A stretch of 64,000 nt of DNA from Macrostomum lignano (lineage: Eukaryota): positions 1 through 64,000 of the forward strand of contig NIVC01000641.1 in NCBI GenBank assembly GCA_002269645.1. Direction: 5' to 3'. The translations under genes were made by a program, and so were the position numbers. Shown piece by piece: positions 36,651 through 59,200 of this stretch. The notes beneath the pieces were generated by a model that was given only the letters and a program-made list of their open reading frames with translations, made no database searches and had not been told where the DNA came from. Position 1 is the first letter of the stretch. Every line of letters begins with the position of its first letter.

Positions 36651-36856
36651 CTATGTGATCGAATTTTTATAAGAATGGCCAGATTGATTTTCACCAAACT
36701 TGTGTTATTAAATACTAATGCAGTGCTCTTGTAAGGATATATTGTCAGCTCACAGACCATATGTGTGCAGTTAATGCTAGTAGCCACTGCAGTATCGCAA
36801 CCCAGGCTTGCATTATTGGACTGGAACTGCATTGCAGCACAGACCCTCTTGCTGGC

Positions 36857-39800
36857 ATGAGCAGCAGCTCCAGTGGCAGCGTCAAGACCGACAGACCACA
36901 GCAGCAGCAGGCGGGACAGTCTTCTTTATCAGCCAGTCTGAATGGCTATTCCTCACCTAATAGAGCCGCGCACCTGCCGGCCAACACCAGCAGCAGCACC
37001 ACCACCAGGGAGTGGGTGGAGACTCAGGACCGTCAGCTGGTCTCCAACAGGGGCCAGCAGCCGCTCCATCGCTGTCGCACAGACGTCGGACCGATGGTTA
37101 ACTCCGGTGAGGAGTCGGCCGCCGCAGCTTCTTCGGCCTCGTTTGATTCGGCCACAATGGCCAGCCGTAGGTCGGACAGCAACGGGCTGATGAGCGCCGA
37201 GCAGGCTGAGCCGGCCGCAGCCTCCGCCTCATCGGGCGCCGGGCCCGACTACGACTCGAGCGGCGACCGGTCCGGCGGCGGCCGGTCTGAGCCATCCAGG
37301 AGCAGCCAGTCGCGCCTGCGCAGCCGCTTTAATCCGCTTTATAAGCAGCGCAATGATCTGCTGCACCGGCTGTTTAATGATTTGCCAGCAGAGGAGCGGC
37401 TGGTTACGGATGCCAGCTGCGCATGGGATCGGAGCGGCCTGCTAGTGCAGGTGAACCACTTATTGGCGCTGGAGTTATGCATTCCTGATTGGGTTATACA
37501 TACCTGATGGGTTATACATACCTGATGGGTTATACATACCTGATGGGTTATACATACCTGATGGGGTTATACATACCTGATGGGTTATACATACCTGATG
37601 GGTTATACATACCTGATGGGTTATACATACCTGATTGGGTTATACATACCTGATGGGTTATACATACCTGATGGCCATGGGGTTATACATACCTGATGGG
37701 TTATACATACCTGATGGCCATGGGGTTATACATACCTGATGGGTTATACATACCTGATGGGTTATACATACCTGATGGGTTGTACATACCTGATAGGTTA
37801 TACATACCTGATAGGTTATACATACCTGATAGGTTATACATACCTGATAGGTTATACATACCTGATAGGTTATACATACCTGATGGGGTTATACATACCT
37901 GATGGGTTATACATACCTGATGGGTTATACATACCTGATGGGTTATACATACCTGATTGTGTTATACATACCTGATGGGTTATACATACCTGATGGCCAT
38001 GGGGTTATACATACCTGATGGGTTATACATACCTGATGGGTTATACATACCTGATGGGTTGTACATACCTGATAGGTTATACATACCTGATAGGTTATAC
38101 ATACCTGATAGGTTATACATACCTGATAGGTTATACATACCTGATAGGTTATACATACCTGATGGGGTTATACATACCTGATGGAGTCATACATACCTAA
38201 TATAGTTATACATACCTGATCGAGTTATACATACCTGATAGGGTTATACATACCTGATCGAGTTATAAATACCCGATGGAGTTCTAAATACCTGATGGAG
38301 TTATACATACCTGATGGAGTTATACCTGATGGGTTATACATACCTGATGGAGTTATACATACCTGATGGAGTTATACCTGATGGGTTATACATACCTGAT
38401 GGAGTTATACATACTGGTACCTGATAGGGTTATACATACCTGATCGAATTATAAATACCCGATGGAGTTCTAAATACCTGATGGAGTTATACATACCTGA
38501 TGGAGTTATACATACCTGATGGAGTTATACATACCTGATGGAGTTTTACCTGATGGGTTATACATACCTGATGGAGTTATACATACGTGATTACTTTACT
38601 TCCTAAGCTTGATCTACTTGGGCTTATTTTGATTCCAGTTAGCTGCTTTCTAGGGGGCTTTGGGCCCTGCCACACGCACGCTCACACAGGGCCGCGCACA
38701 GAATAAAATTTGAGTAGAGTCTATAAAATTCACAAAGCTTTCATAAATTTGCTTTGCACTAGGGCCGCTTGTACGCCACGGCATCCAAACTCTGTTTCTA
38801 CTCGAAAATAATCGGTTTCGAGACTCGGTTCTCGATTCAATTGACCTCGGTTATCGGCATCTCCAAGGAGCGGACAGCTCGGGTGATTCCCAACGCCATC
38901 AGCGTCCAGACCGGCTCGGACCGGTACTTCTTCACCAGCATCGGGTCTCGGGATCGGCTGCACAGTATGCTCGACCTGCTGTGGCAGAAGGCGATTCGGC
39001 CGGAGCCGCTGGATCCCGTACTGTTCTGGGAGCTGGTGCGGGAGAACTACGGCAGTCAGTTGGGTGAGTGGTGCTGTTCTTCTGTACTTTAGAGTGTTCT
39101 TATTCTCCTGTACTTTAGAGTGTTCTTATTCTCCTGTACTTTAGAGTGTTCTTATTCTCCTGTACTTTAGAGTGTTCTTATTCTCCTGTACTTTAGAGTG
39201 TTCTTATTCTCATTCCTGTACACTTTAGAGTGTTCTTATTCTACTGTACTTTAGAGTGTTCTTATTCTCCCGCACTTTAGAATGTTCTTATTCTCATTCC
39301 TGTACTTTAGAGTGTTCTTATTCTCCTTTACTTTAGAGTGCTCTTATTCTCCTGTACTTTAGAGTGTTCTTATTCTACTGTACTTTAGAGTGTCGCTGTA
39401 TCCATGTACTTTAGAGTGTTCTCCTGTAGTAAAGGTGTTTCCGACTCCCCGGGTTCCAGGCCTGGACAAAGAAGACGCAGATCAAGGCGGTGCCCCGTCG
39501 TCCGGCCGCAGACGCTCCTCGGTGGGCGCCGGATCCGCCGACTCCAACGGCGAGGATGCCGCTCAGGCGACGGCTTCAGATACCGGCGGCGACGAAGCCA
39601 GCATCAGCGGTGCCGCTGGTGGCGGCGGCACAGACGGTAACTCGTCCAGTCCGGCCACTGCTGACGCGCTGGCTGCTGAGTTCGGCTTGCGCAACCGTCG
39701 GACAGGCGGCCGCGGTGCCGACGAGGACCCGGAGTCTAGCGAGGCCGGCGACCACTCGGCAGACCCGTGCGATCGGCACGAGCACTTCGCCGACGAATAT

Positions 39801-40901
39801 CTGAATGTACAGCTGCCAGCCAATGTAGACACCGTGTTCCAGTGCCTGTTCGCTCACAAGTCCGCCTGGTTCCGCCAGTTCGCCCGTCATCGCGGCATGA
39901 CGGACGTCTGCGCCGAGCCCTGGCGCCCGGCGCTGCCGCCGGCAGTCGATCAGGCGATGACGGAATCAGCAGCAGCCGTCGATTCCGCGGCCGACGTTGT
40001 TGAATGGCGCGCCCGCCGGGTGACTTTCACCCTGCCGTTGAACAACGCCGTGGGCCCGCGCTCGGCCCAGCAGGTGGAGGAGCAGGCCTACCGCCTGGCC
40101 GACTGCCGGCCTGGCCGCTCCTACTGCGTCGACGTCACGGTGCGCAGCCGGGAGGTGCCCTACTGCGACAGCTTCCACACCCGGGCCCGCTATTGCCTGC
40201 GCGGCCACGGCCCGGACTCCTGCAGGCTGCGCGTCACCACCGATCTGCGCTTCACTCGGTCGCTCTTTAAAATTGTGCGCAACCTGATTGACAGCTCGGC
40301 TAAGAAAGGCTTAGCGGAGCATTTTAGCGCCATGCGCGCCTGCCTTATCAGCTATTTGGCGGCGCGCGGCGCGCCCGGCCTGCCCAACTCCGCCGGCGCC
40401 AATCCGGCCGCCGTTAAGGACGCCGACGCCTCGGCCGCCAGCTTGGCCGCGGTCGGCGGCGTCGACGCCGACGCTCTGGAAGCTGACGAACTCGTGCCCG
40501 ACCTGCAGTCCGCTGCGCCGCCCCTTCCAGCCGACGGCGCTTCCCCCGTCAGCAGCGGCGCCTTCTTTCAACGCTCCACCAGCGTCGGCAGTGGCCGGCT
40601 TGTGGTTGGCTGCTTGCTTGCTCTCAGCTGTCTTCTGCTGATCTGCTTCTGCAGCCTGCACGCCCGCTGCAATCGGCTGCAGGTGCTGCTGGACCAGGCC
40701 GCCCTGCTGCCGCACCAGCACCAGCCGGCGTCTCAGTCGTCCACGCCGGCAGCTGAGGGCGGGCCGCAGCAGCCTGTGGATGTCGAACAGCTGGCCTCGG
40801 CAGTGGAGGCAGCGTTAGAATCTCTGGACGGCATCCGGCAGAGCCTGATTGATCTGCGCCAGCGCCTTGTGGACCGGCGCGGACAGCAGATTAAAGTATG
40901 A
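36857..40901 (+). CDS. GRAMD1: GRAMD1/Aster-like sterol transfer protein (GRAM + VASt + TM + coiled coil), 778 aa; exons 36857-37450, 38763-39063, 39460-40901
   Basis: GRAM: YKQRNDLLHRLFNDLPAEERLVTDASCAW...Q|GRLY...CFYSKIIGFET...KERTARVIPNAISV...YFFTSIGSRDR. VASt: NVDTVFQCLF...GPRSAQQVEEQ...EVPYCDSFHTRARYCL. TM: LVVGCLLALSCLLLICFCSL. GT-AG introns in phases 0 and 1. Confidence 0.95.
37472..38590. repeat. Minisatellite, 18-bp unit GGGTTATACATACCTGAT, about 60 units with higher-order block duplications, GRAMD1 intron 1
   Basis: Direct periodicity; the variant block starting CCTGATGGCCATGGGG recurs. Confidence 0.97.
39065..39430. repeat. Minisatellite, 26-bp unit AGAGTGTTCTTATTCTCCTGTACTTT, about 13 units, filling almost all of GRAMD1 intron 2
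   Basis: Direct periodicity; the first unit overlaps the donor. Confidence 0.95.
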
Positions 40902-41147
40902 CAATCAAGAATTCTTTTTGGGGAACTATCAATCTCCTATTCTTCATTATCAACATTCATTATCATCCCAAACACAAATTCGTAGGTATTCAATAGGCTT
41001 CCAGTTTTTGTCTATGGTGTTTTTTAAGATAGATAATAAAATGAACAAGTTGGAAGGTAATGGTAAGAAACTAAGCAATAATACTACTGCTGAAGTTGCT
41101 TGAGTAGTATGTGCGCTGCGTTATGGTACAAAGCCACCATTGTTCCC

Positions 41148-41392
41148 TAGCCGCTGGGAAAAAATTGCAATGACGGCAAGTTGACGACAAGTCACCCTGT
41201 CGTTGGCATTGGCAGTCGACCAATCAGAAGCCGATCGAAAGCAGGCAGCGAATCGGATTTGCAAGCGCGCATTTGCAGGATACTACTGAGTTGTATCCTA
41301 CATCATACATCATACATTTTATAGTAAATCGTCAAGGCTGTCGTTTCTAGCCTGTCGTTGCTTGTCGTCGCTGCAATTTTTCCCCGCGGGTA
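41148..41392. mobile_element. Possible MITE with imperfect TIRs of about 30 bp and TA ends
   Basis: Left end TAGCCGCTGGGAAAAAATTGCAATGACGGCAAG versus the reverse complement of the right end, TACCCGCGGGGAAAAATTGCAGCGACGACAAG. Confidence 0.55.
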
Positions 41393-42353
41393 GTTGTTGT
41401 TTTTTCTGATCTTTGTCCGGATTTGCTTCAATCTTCCTCCGCCCCCCCCTCCCAGCCGCCACAGTCCATATCAAAACTTTGCACGCTTCATCATTCCCTT
41501 CATTACTCTTTTGCTGTTGTGCTGTTGTTGGTTACAAGCCACCATTGAACAAGCTTTCAAGTATACATATTATCATTATTATCTGCACTTTATTATTGTA
41601 TAGGCAGTTCAGAATCTTGCGCGTTTTTTAATTAGTACAGCTTTTTTAATTTTTGGTTTTCTATGATATTCAATACCTGCCATTGGTGGATTTTATGCAT
41701 TGGCTGTCGAATGTCTCTCTGAATTGCAATGGGATAAAATAATTTACGTCACAAATTCCTGTGTGCCTTAGATTAGTAGAATACTAATTTCGTGTATACC
41801 ATAAGATAATCGTCTGTTATATTTTGATATAGTATCCATGCGATGTGATTGCCAGGTCACCTGATGCTTCAATATGTTTTATTTTATTGCATTGCTTAAC
41901 CTACGGTCTCAGTCCGCAGAAAAGTGGCAGTTCCATTGGCTTTCAAATTCCAATGTACTTTGCTCCAAACAAACTTCTCCAAACAAAAAATTAATTGGTT
42001 AATTATCAGTTTTCAACAGCTGTTGTGTTCATTATTCGTTCATAAATTTAAATAATTAAATAACTGTGTCATCTGCATTGAGCATTGAATTGGTTATTGA
42101 ATTTCGGAATTGGTTTATTGACTTTTAATTTTGCTTTTTATATAAATAAATATTGCTAGGCACGGCCGAGCAGTGCGAAGCGGCTGTGCACTTTATTTCT
42201 TTCAGTCGGATTTTGCTTTTCAATAATGCAAGTCTTGCAGTTTCTCGTGCTGTGTTTTATTTAAGGGTTGGAGTGGCACTGTTTTTGTTTGGGACCATTT
42301 GGTAACTGTCTGCTGGTGTACAAGGACCACGTGGTGATTAGCGACTTATCATT

Positions 42354-42933
42354 GAGGACTTCTGAGTAAGTGTTGTTCTGTCTGAGGACCTCTGAGTAAG
42401 TGTTGGTCTGTCTGAGGACCTCTGAGTAAGTGTTGGTCTGTCTGAGGACCTCTGAGTAAGTGTTGGTCTGTCTGAGAACCTCTGAGTAAGTGTTGGTCTG
42501 TCTGAGGACCTCTGAGTAAGTGTTGGTCTGTCTGAGGACCTCTGAGTAAGTGTTGGTCTATCTGAGGACCTCTGAGTAAGTGTTGGTCTGTCTGAGAACC
42601 TCTGAGTAAGTGTTGGTCTATCTGAGGACCTCTGAGTAAGTGTTGGGTCTGTCTGAGGACCTCTGAGTAAGTGTTGGTCTATCTGAGGACCTCTGAGTAA
42701 GTGTTGGTCTGTCTGAGAACCTCTGAGTAAGTGTTGGTCTATCTGAGGACCTCTGAGTAAGTGTTGGGTCTGTCTGAGGACCTCTGAGTAAGTGTTGGGT
42801 CTGTCTGAGGACCTCTGAGTAAGTGTTGTTCTGTCTGAGGACCTCTGAGTAGGTGTTGGTCTGTCTGAGGACCTCTGAGTAAGTGTTGGTCTATCTGAGG
42901 ACCTCTGAGTAGGTGTTGGTCTGTCTGAGGACC
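42354..42933. repeat. Minisatellite, 30-bp unit GAGGACCTCTGAGTAAGTGTTGGTCTGTCT, about 19 units
   Basis: Direct periodicity; most units contain GTAAGT. Confidence 0.97.
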
Positions 42934-43694
42934 AAGAGTACGAGAAGTCCTGGACAAATTCTCAGCTGATCTTTTACTAACCAAGACTTAGAGTCGTGAA
43001 CTTTTCCGCAATGCGCTACTTGCAGTAGCTGGCGCCGTTATACATTTATAGTGGTTCATCGTGTCTTAGTCATTTTGTCACTGGTTTAGCGGCAAAATTC
43101 TGTGATCTATCAGTAACCTTTGCTGATTAGCCAACAAGATTTTGTGGTGAAGATTGGAATCCTTTCTGACAACTTGCAACAGCCCAGTCCACCTATCCCT
43201 GACTATTTTTATGCGCGCTAATCCCTAATCCCCGTGGCGCTGCTCCCCCATACCCTAATGGCGCATGCGTAGGGCTGGAGGGAGAGGCTGGCGAATCGAC
43301 CCGGGGCTGCGAGCTGAGAGGCGGGGTCTCGCTACTTGTTCCCGAGGCCAAGGCCAATTGCTGCTGGCTTTCAGCCACGCGGTGAATAAATATACACACC
43401 AGGGGCAGAAGGCAGAGGGAGGGAGAAAAGGTTTCACTTCCGAGGGATTGAAGCCCTTCTTTTTTCTATTAGCAGTACTCTGCATGCCTGCAGCCCTTGC
43501 CTTACCAACTATCCTCATTTGCTTTGCTTCCTCCTTGCTCAAGGCAACTATTTGCTCTGTAATTCAACCGGAGGCCTGCTCTCAATGATAGTAGTAGTCG
43601 GCATTTGATACCGCAAGCGCCAGCAGCGACACTGTTGTCCAGAGAGCCATCTTCGCCCGGCCGTCCGGGCCGTCTGGGAGTGCCGGGCACTCAG

Positions 43695-52980
<9,286 letters not shown>

Positions 52981-53399
52981 ATACTTAGTGGTACTATTTG
53001 GATCCCGTGCTTAAATTGAAGTGTCTGTATGCTACCTCTTTAAAACTTCAAGCTGCCTGGTAGTCAACACAGTTGTCCTTAACTACATGTAAAACCCTTA
53101 GCCTGTGGGTCTATAGTTCCATAGTCTGTGGGTGAGACAAACTTGACTTCTAGAGAGCCTTTCCTGCCTAGCATGGCCAGCAGTGATCCCCAGTCATTGA
53201 ATATTGTTCCCTTTTGTCTATGGTTTCCGGCATTCATACTTGCGGTAACAATTTAATTGTTTGTCGGCTTTTTTCGATTGTTGCCGGATTTCAGACGAAT
53301 GTATTTGGCTATCAAAACAAGGAACAACAATAGCAACACGGCGAAAGTGTTTCATAGTCACAAAAAGTTCTTAAGAACAAACCGATCGAATCAATTGTT

Positions 53400-53915
53400 T
53401 TACTTTCCGTAAAAGTTGAATGTGCAGTTGTGGAACTGACCACCACAGAGGCTTCTCGGCAGGTCTTGGCCGCCCTCGGGTGCTTTCATCAGCTCGCCTC
53501 TATCAGACCCAGTTGTCACACTTTCGATGGTGGATTCCGCATCGTCGTCAATCTTGGTGACTTTGGACCCATAGGCAGCCAGACAAGCGCTCATTCGGGC
53601 CACACAGTCCATGTCTCGCCGCTTGTATACATCCACTGAGCTCGAATTCTTGTGTCCCGTCATTAGTGTAATCGCTTGATTATCGAAACCGGCCTTGGCC
53701 AAACAGTTCACCTAAGTTTCAGCAGTTGGGTAAGACAGTATTCTTACAGTTTTCCATCCAGGTTCCATTCCATACAGTTATCCAGGTTGTCCATCTCCAG
53801 AACGTAGCGCGTGCTCGACTCTCGGGTGACAAAAGCCAACTCGTCCGTGGAGAGTCCACATATTTCTCCGCCAGGAATGTTTGCGTAGCGAATCATAGCT
53901 ACTTTTCCTATTTGC
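53400..53915 (-). mobile_element. Crypton-like tyrosine recombinase (DUF3504-type) remnant, internally deleted
   Basis: CLAKAGFDNQAITLMTGHKNSSSVDVYKRRD...MSACL resembles the tyrosine recombinase C-terminal TGH-x(8)-Y motif; it ends GGQFHNCTFNFYGK*, like Crypton/DUF3504 tails. A short upstream ORF MIRYANIPGGEICGL may be the N-terminus. The catalytic R and HxxR region is absent. Confidence 0.7.
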
Positions 53916-56294
53916 ACTCCGAATAGGAGAATTAATTCAAGCTCAAAATCAACTTGAGAATTAAATCATGGCAGCCAGGCTAGCTGTCTTCACTGTCCTT
54001 TAAATTTGCCATAAGCGATTAATTATCTCTACAACCCTTTCATTTAGAGAGCAACTAAATTTGCCATAGACGATTGATTATCTCTACAACCCTTTCAAAG
54101 CGCATTCCGGCAACAATCGCATTTCATACTCAGCATCCGCACTATGTCTGGGCCATAGACAAGGGAAGTCAAAAGGGTACAATAATGACATGTACACATG
54201 CATAGCAGAGTGTTAAAGTGGCAGCGTTAGTCTATGGCCATTGGCCAGCCCTGCTGACCAAGCCGGTGGGAACAGAATTTTAATCTTCAGGCTCCGGCAT
54301 AAAGATGTTTTGAACTGGTAGCTAATTCCATGCTTCGAGCTTCGAGCAGTGAATGTTGAGCAGTAAAGCATTAATTAGCTTTTTTCTATATTAATTTTTT
54401 AATTAGTTAAGTAAATTGCTTTTATAATGTGCTTGATTTCTTAACCAATAAACAGCATTACGATGATTGCGCCGGAGCGAAACGGAATCAAAATTAAACT
54501 TGATTAGGAAACTGATTTTAACAGAACTTCGAGCAGATGTTTCCGATTTTTCAAATAATTCGGCGTTATTACCATCTAAATTGGTCAAGTACATGTAGCT
54601 AGTTCTGCTTTATATTAATGTTTTAGACTGGTTTCTTCGTGTAAGTTTTGCGCGAATTCGATTCGTTTCTCAGAGTGTCAACCGTATGAATTATATTAAT
54701 TAATTATAAGCATGAAGATTCATACTGGTCAGCGTATTCAATGTTGAGTTTATATGTTAAATAATTAAAACTAAACAAATTAAAAAATCTTTGTTTTTTG
54801 GAATTAGAGATTTCCTTTAATTGTTTGAAATAATTTATTTATTTATTTGAATAAATAATTTATTTCTAAACAGATAAAATTTTTCTTTGAGCCATCAGCT
54901 TAATGACATTTATTTCACTGGGAAATCCATGTGAAACAGACCAGTCTAGAATGAGAAATCAGAAAACAAGTCATAGCTACTGCAGATGCATCCCGTAAAA
55001 ATTGTTAGATGACATCGAATATTTATTTATTTATGTTCAAAGAATCAAGACGCGTCCAATGCTATCGATAGAGTAATTAAATGTATGGTTTATAAACTAT
55101 TTAACATTAATTTTCCAAGAAACTATTCACCATGATTTAAAATTTATGAAAAAAGCGGTTCACCGCAGTGGCGAGGTAAATGATTAATAGTTTTCCAACG
55201 ATAAAACACCAACGAGAAAGCAAAACTTAGTTCTTATTAAACATATGAATAAAGTATTCAAAAAAGGTTTTAAAAAAATTACTTAAGATAGTGTTTTTAT
55301 TTGTAGGAAATGGAAGTCATACACTAAACTAAAACTATAAATAGCCTTTCTGTTAGCGCGTCTATTAAAAAAATTTCGCAATAAAAAACAAAATTTTTCC
55401 TTTATCGCGTGTTTTAGTCGTGTCAAGCGATTAAAATAATTTGGACTGATTATTTGCTTTTCAATGCAATTACATACGACTATGACCTACGGTAATGTGC
55501 TCTAATAAAGAATACATTGAGCCAAAAGGAAGGATAAATGAAATTTTCTACAATTTTATGCTGTAAGTAAAATAACAAATAAGCTATAAATTAAAACTTT
55601 ATCAAACGAAGTTACACAGCAGAAAGCTACTGTAAAACGTAGAACGCACGCGAGACCCAAACTGCTGTATCCCCCAGAAGCCTCACAGTAAATCAAGTTT
55701 GTTAAAACTGCTCATCGCTATTCGTTCACATCTTTGTGGCTTCGTCATGCTCGAACTGCGAATTCTGCAATGGGTTGATTGTCGAATATTTAAGCGTCCG
55801 ATTAAACTTTTGAACAGCACTGCTATTAAGAAGACAACTATTTAAAATGTACAAATTTTATCTGAAGGACAAATTCCTCTTCTGAATTCATCATTTAGAT
55901 CGGTGCTGTTCCCTTTCTAGCCTCTACTTTTATATATTCATTATATATTCATAATATATATAATTGCAAGCCTAAATATTTTAATTTTAAATAAATATTA
56001 AATATTGACAGGATTTTGTTACGAGCAGTCTTTAGACGAGAAAAAATACGAGCATATTGTCTATATTAATTGTGTAGTTTTATCTCACAAACACATTTGT
56101 AAATATTGCAAAGGCACCTCAGGCTCAACATTATACCTACTAATTCAAAACGATGCAAAGGAAGTTGACAATAGACAATACATATCTGCTCTCACTGATG
56201 CATCAATTTTAAGCAGAATTGGCCTTCCCAATAACAGTTCATGATCTTTATAGTGTTTCGTCCTTTTCTTACTACTAATGGCCCCATAACTCAC

Positions 56295-59200
56295 TTGGTA
56301 GCCCTTGTCCTCGTCATACTTGTGATGCGGGTTCGACGGATCTTCGATATTGTCCTCAGTCCAGGGATCGACCACGAAGCCGGGCGCGTAGCCGGCATCG
56401 GCCACCTCCTGTCGGAACTTGACCAGCGCTGGGCCCCAGTAGCGAGTCGGCTGCACCAGGGCGCGCAGGTTGCCACGGGACTGCCAGACGGCGATGCCCG
56501 ATACCACAACGATGCTGGCCAGCACGCTGAAAGTCAGCAGCCAGCCGATGACCTGAGCCCAGTCGGGCAGCACGTTGCCGCCGTACGATGATGGGCTGAA
56601 CTTCACCCAGGAGAAAACCATCGTCACCTGTTGATGTGGAGTTTTAGAAGAAAATCAACTAGATTGGTTTGATCAGCTCTGCTCTGCCAACTTTTAGCAT
56701 TTTCTACCTAGATTCTTTTAACTTATCACAGCGACGACACTCTAAACAAGAAGAAACAAAACGATATTAGAATATTTGAGTACTAGAAGACACTAGAAGA
56801 CACTAGCAGAGACTAGCAGACACTAGAAGACAGTAGCAGACAGTAGCAGACACTAGAAGACACTAGCAGACAGTAGCAGACACTAGAAGACACTAGCAGA
56901 CACTAGCAGACACTAGAAGACACTAGAAGGCACTAGAAGACACTAGAAGACACTAGAAGATACTAGCAGACACTAGCAGACACTAGCAGACACTAGAAGA
57001 CACTAGCGGACACTAGCAGACAGTAGCAGACACTAGAAGACAGTAGCAGACACTAGAAGACACTAGAAGACACTAGAAGACACTAGAAGATACTAGCAGA
57101 CACTAGCAGACACTGAAAGACATTAAAAGAAACTCTAGGTATTCCGCCTATGATTCTGATTAACGAAAGAGTTTCATGTGCAAAAGATACTCACGGCGAC
57201 GAGGCCGGGTGTAAAGGCGCACCAGCAGATGATCCACCACCACTTAAAAATGAACCAGGGGATGCAGCCAGCCACGATGGGTCCAGTCATGGCCTCAATG
57301 TCGTCGCAAAAGCGCTTCACGCCGTATACATAGCAGATGGAGACGCACTCGAGAATGGCGATCACCATGATGTTCCAGCCTCCGCTGTAGTCGTCAAAGA
57401 TGGTCAGCAGCTGCGGTCCGCCAGGAGTGCACATGCTCAGTCCGATGAAGAAGAATACGACTGAAATGCCCAGGATTAGCAGGGTCTTGTAGCGCCGGGT
57501 GCGAGGCCACTTGTCCTGCACTGCGGTGACAACGGTCTCGATCAGGGTGAACTGCGAGTCCAGGCCGAGGGTGATCAGCATCACGAAGAACAGAATAGCC
57601 CACAGCGGCGACACGGGCAGGCTAGTCACAGCCTGGGGGTAAACGATGAAAGCCAGGGCCACACCTGAAAGCAAGATAAGATTTAAGGTTTAAATTTTCT
57701 GCTTATTGTGCGTATCAGCTTCGTGCGGGTTCTCAACTGAGTAGGACAACTCACCGCTGTCAACCACGTTGGTCACTTCAGTATTGAGCAGAGTGGCTAG
57801 GTAGCCAAGGAAGCTGAACACGACAAAGCCGGCAAACACGGAGGTGGCGCAGTTGCAAATCGACACCAGCATAGCGTCCCGGACTGTATCGGTCTTGAAC
57901 CGGTTGTAGCTGGCCAGAGTGATGAGGCCGCCCCAGCTGGCGGACAGGGAGAAAAAGATCTGAACAGCAGCGTCCTTCCACACCGTGGAGTCCTGCAGGC
58001 GGCTCAGATCCGGCTTCAGGTAGAAATCAATGCCCTTCTCGTAGCCCGGCAGGGTGAGGCCGCGAATCAGCAGGATGATCAGCACCACGTAGGGGAAGAT
58101 AGCCGTGAAGTAGACCACCTATGGGAGTGATGACACATCCGGGATACTGAAGCAGACTATCTTAGAATATTTACTTTGGTGCATTATTATCATGTTAAAG
58201 TATTTCTCTACAACCGATTTCTTCAACAAGGAAGTAAGTTCCCAAACGCTTAATACGTGAAGATCGCTTAATCAAAAGTTGTACCATCGCTTGTTACTGT
58301 AAGTAGCTTGTTGAAGAAATAGTCTTAGTCATGCTGCGAAAAGTGGTCAATTTAAGACACATTAATTAGCTTGAATTAATATGGAAGCAGGTTTAGCTAA
58401 TTAAGCCTAGTTTTGTAACAGCTGACACAGTTAATCAAAAAGCATATCGCTGTTTTTTAGCGAAGAAGCGTTTCCGTACGCCCCCACCGGTGAGAAAAAT
58501 ATTTATGCTCCGCGGACAAACCTATACGGGTGTATTAAATTGAAAAGGTTGGATAGGCAAGGTGGGGGGGGGGTTCATTGTGCGACACGCTCTACTGCTG
58601 CTACTCGGTACATTTTTTGAACAAGAGAGAGAGAACATTTTTATTTTCATAGCATACGAACTAGTTGCCGATGCAGACTTGCAGACAGACTGATGCAAGT
58701 ACGCTTGTTTTTTAAAGAATTTTGTGCGAGCGATGCAAAGCTTTTGAAGGCTGAGCTGCGCCGGGGATGACGGCCGCTAGAGAGAGTTGGCCAAAGCAGG
58801 TGAAATAAAAAAGGTAAGAAAAATAGGAGAGAAGGAAAGAAAAGCAGCGCAACCCATTTATGCACCTTCACGTGACAGCTTCTGCGCGAGCGGACTCGGC
58901 CAAACTACGTCGGTGGAAAATTCCGATGCCAGCTCTGAGCTGTGAGTGGAAGATTCCACTGTCGCCTACTGTGCACGAAAGGAATGCGCGGCATTAGTCT
59001 TTCAGCAGTTTTGGCGCGCAAAACCAGCGCCTATTCCGTGTAATGCATTGGCATATAACGACCTTTTTTCGGCGGCTGCGACTGTAGCCTTTGATGCAAT
59101 TAAATGTTTCTGCTAACATTTTTAATTGTAACCTAACCTTTCCACTGCTCTTGATACCCTTGGAGAGCGAGGCGAAGACGACAATCCAGCCCAGCAGAAG

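Noticed and set aside
53712-53750. 36-nt GT-AG intron joining the two Crypton ORF pieces
   Set aside because: Splicing yields CTG TGA (stop) and the wrong frame.
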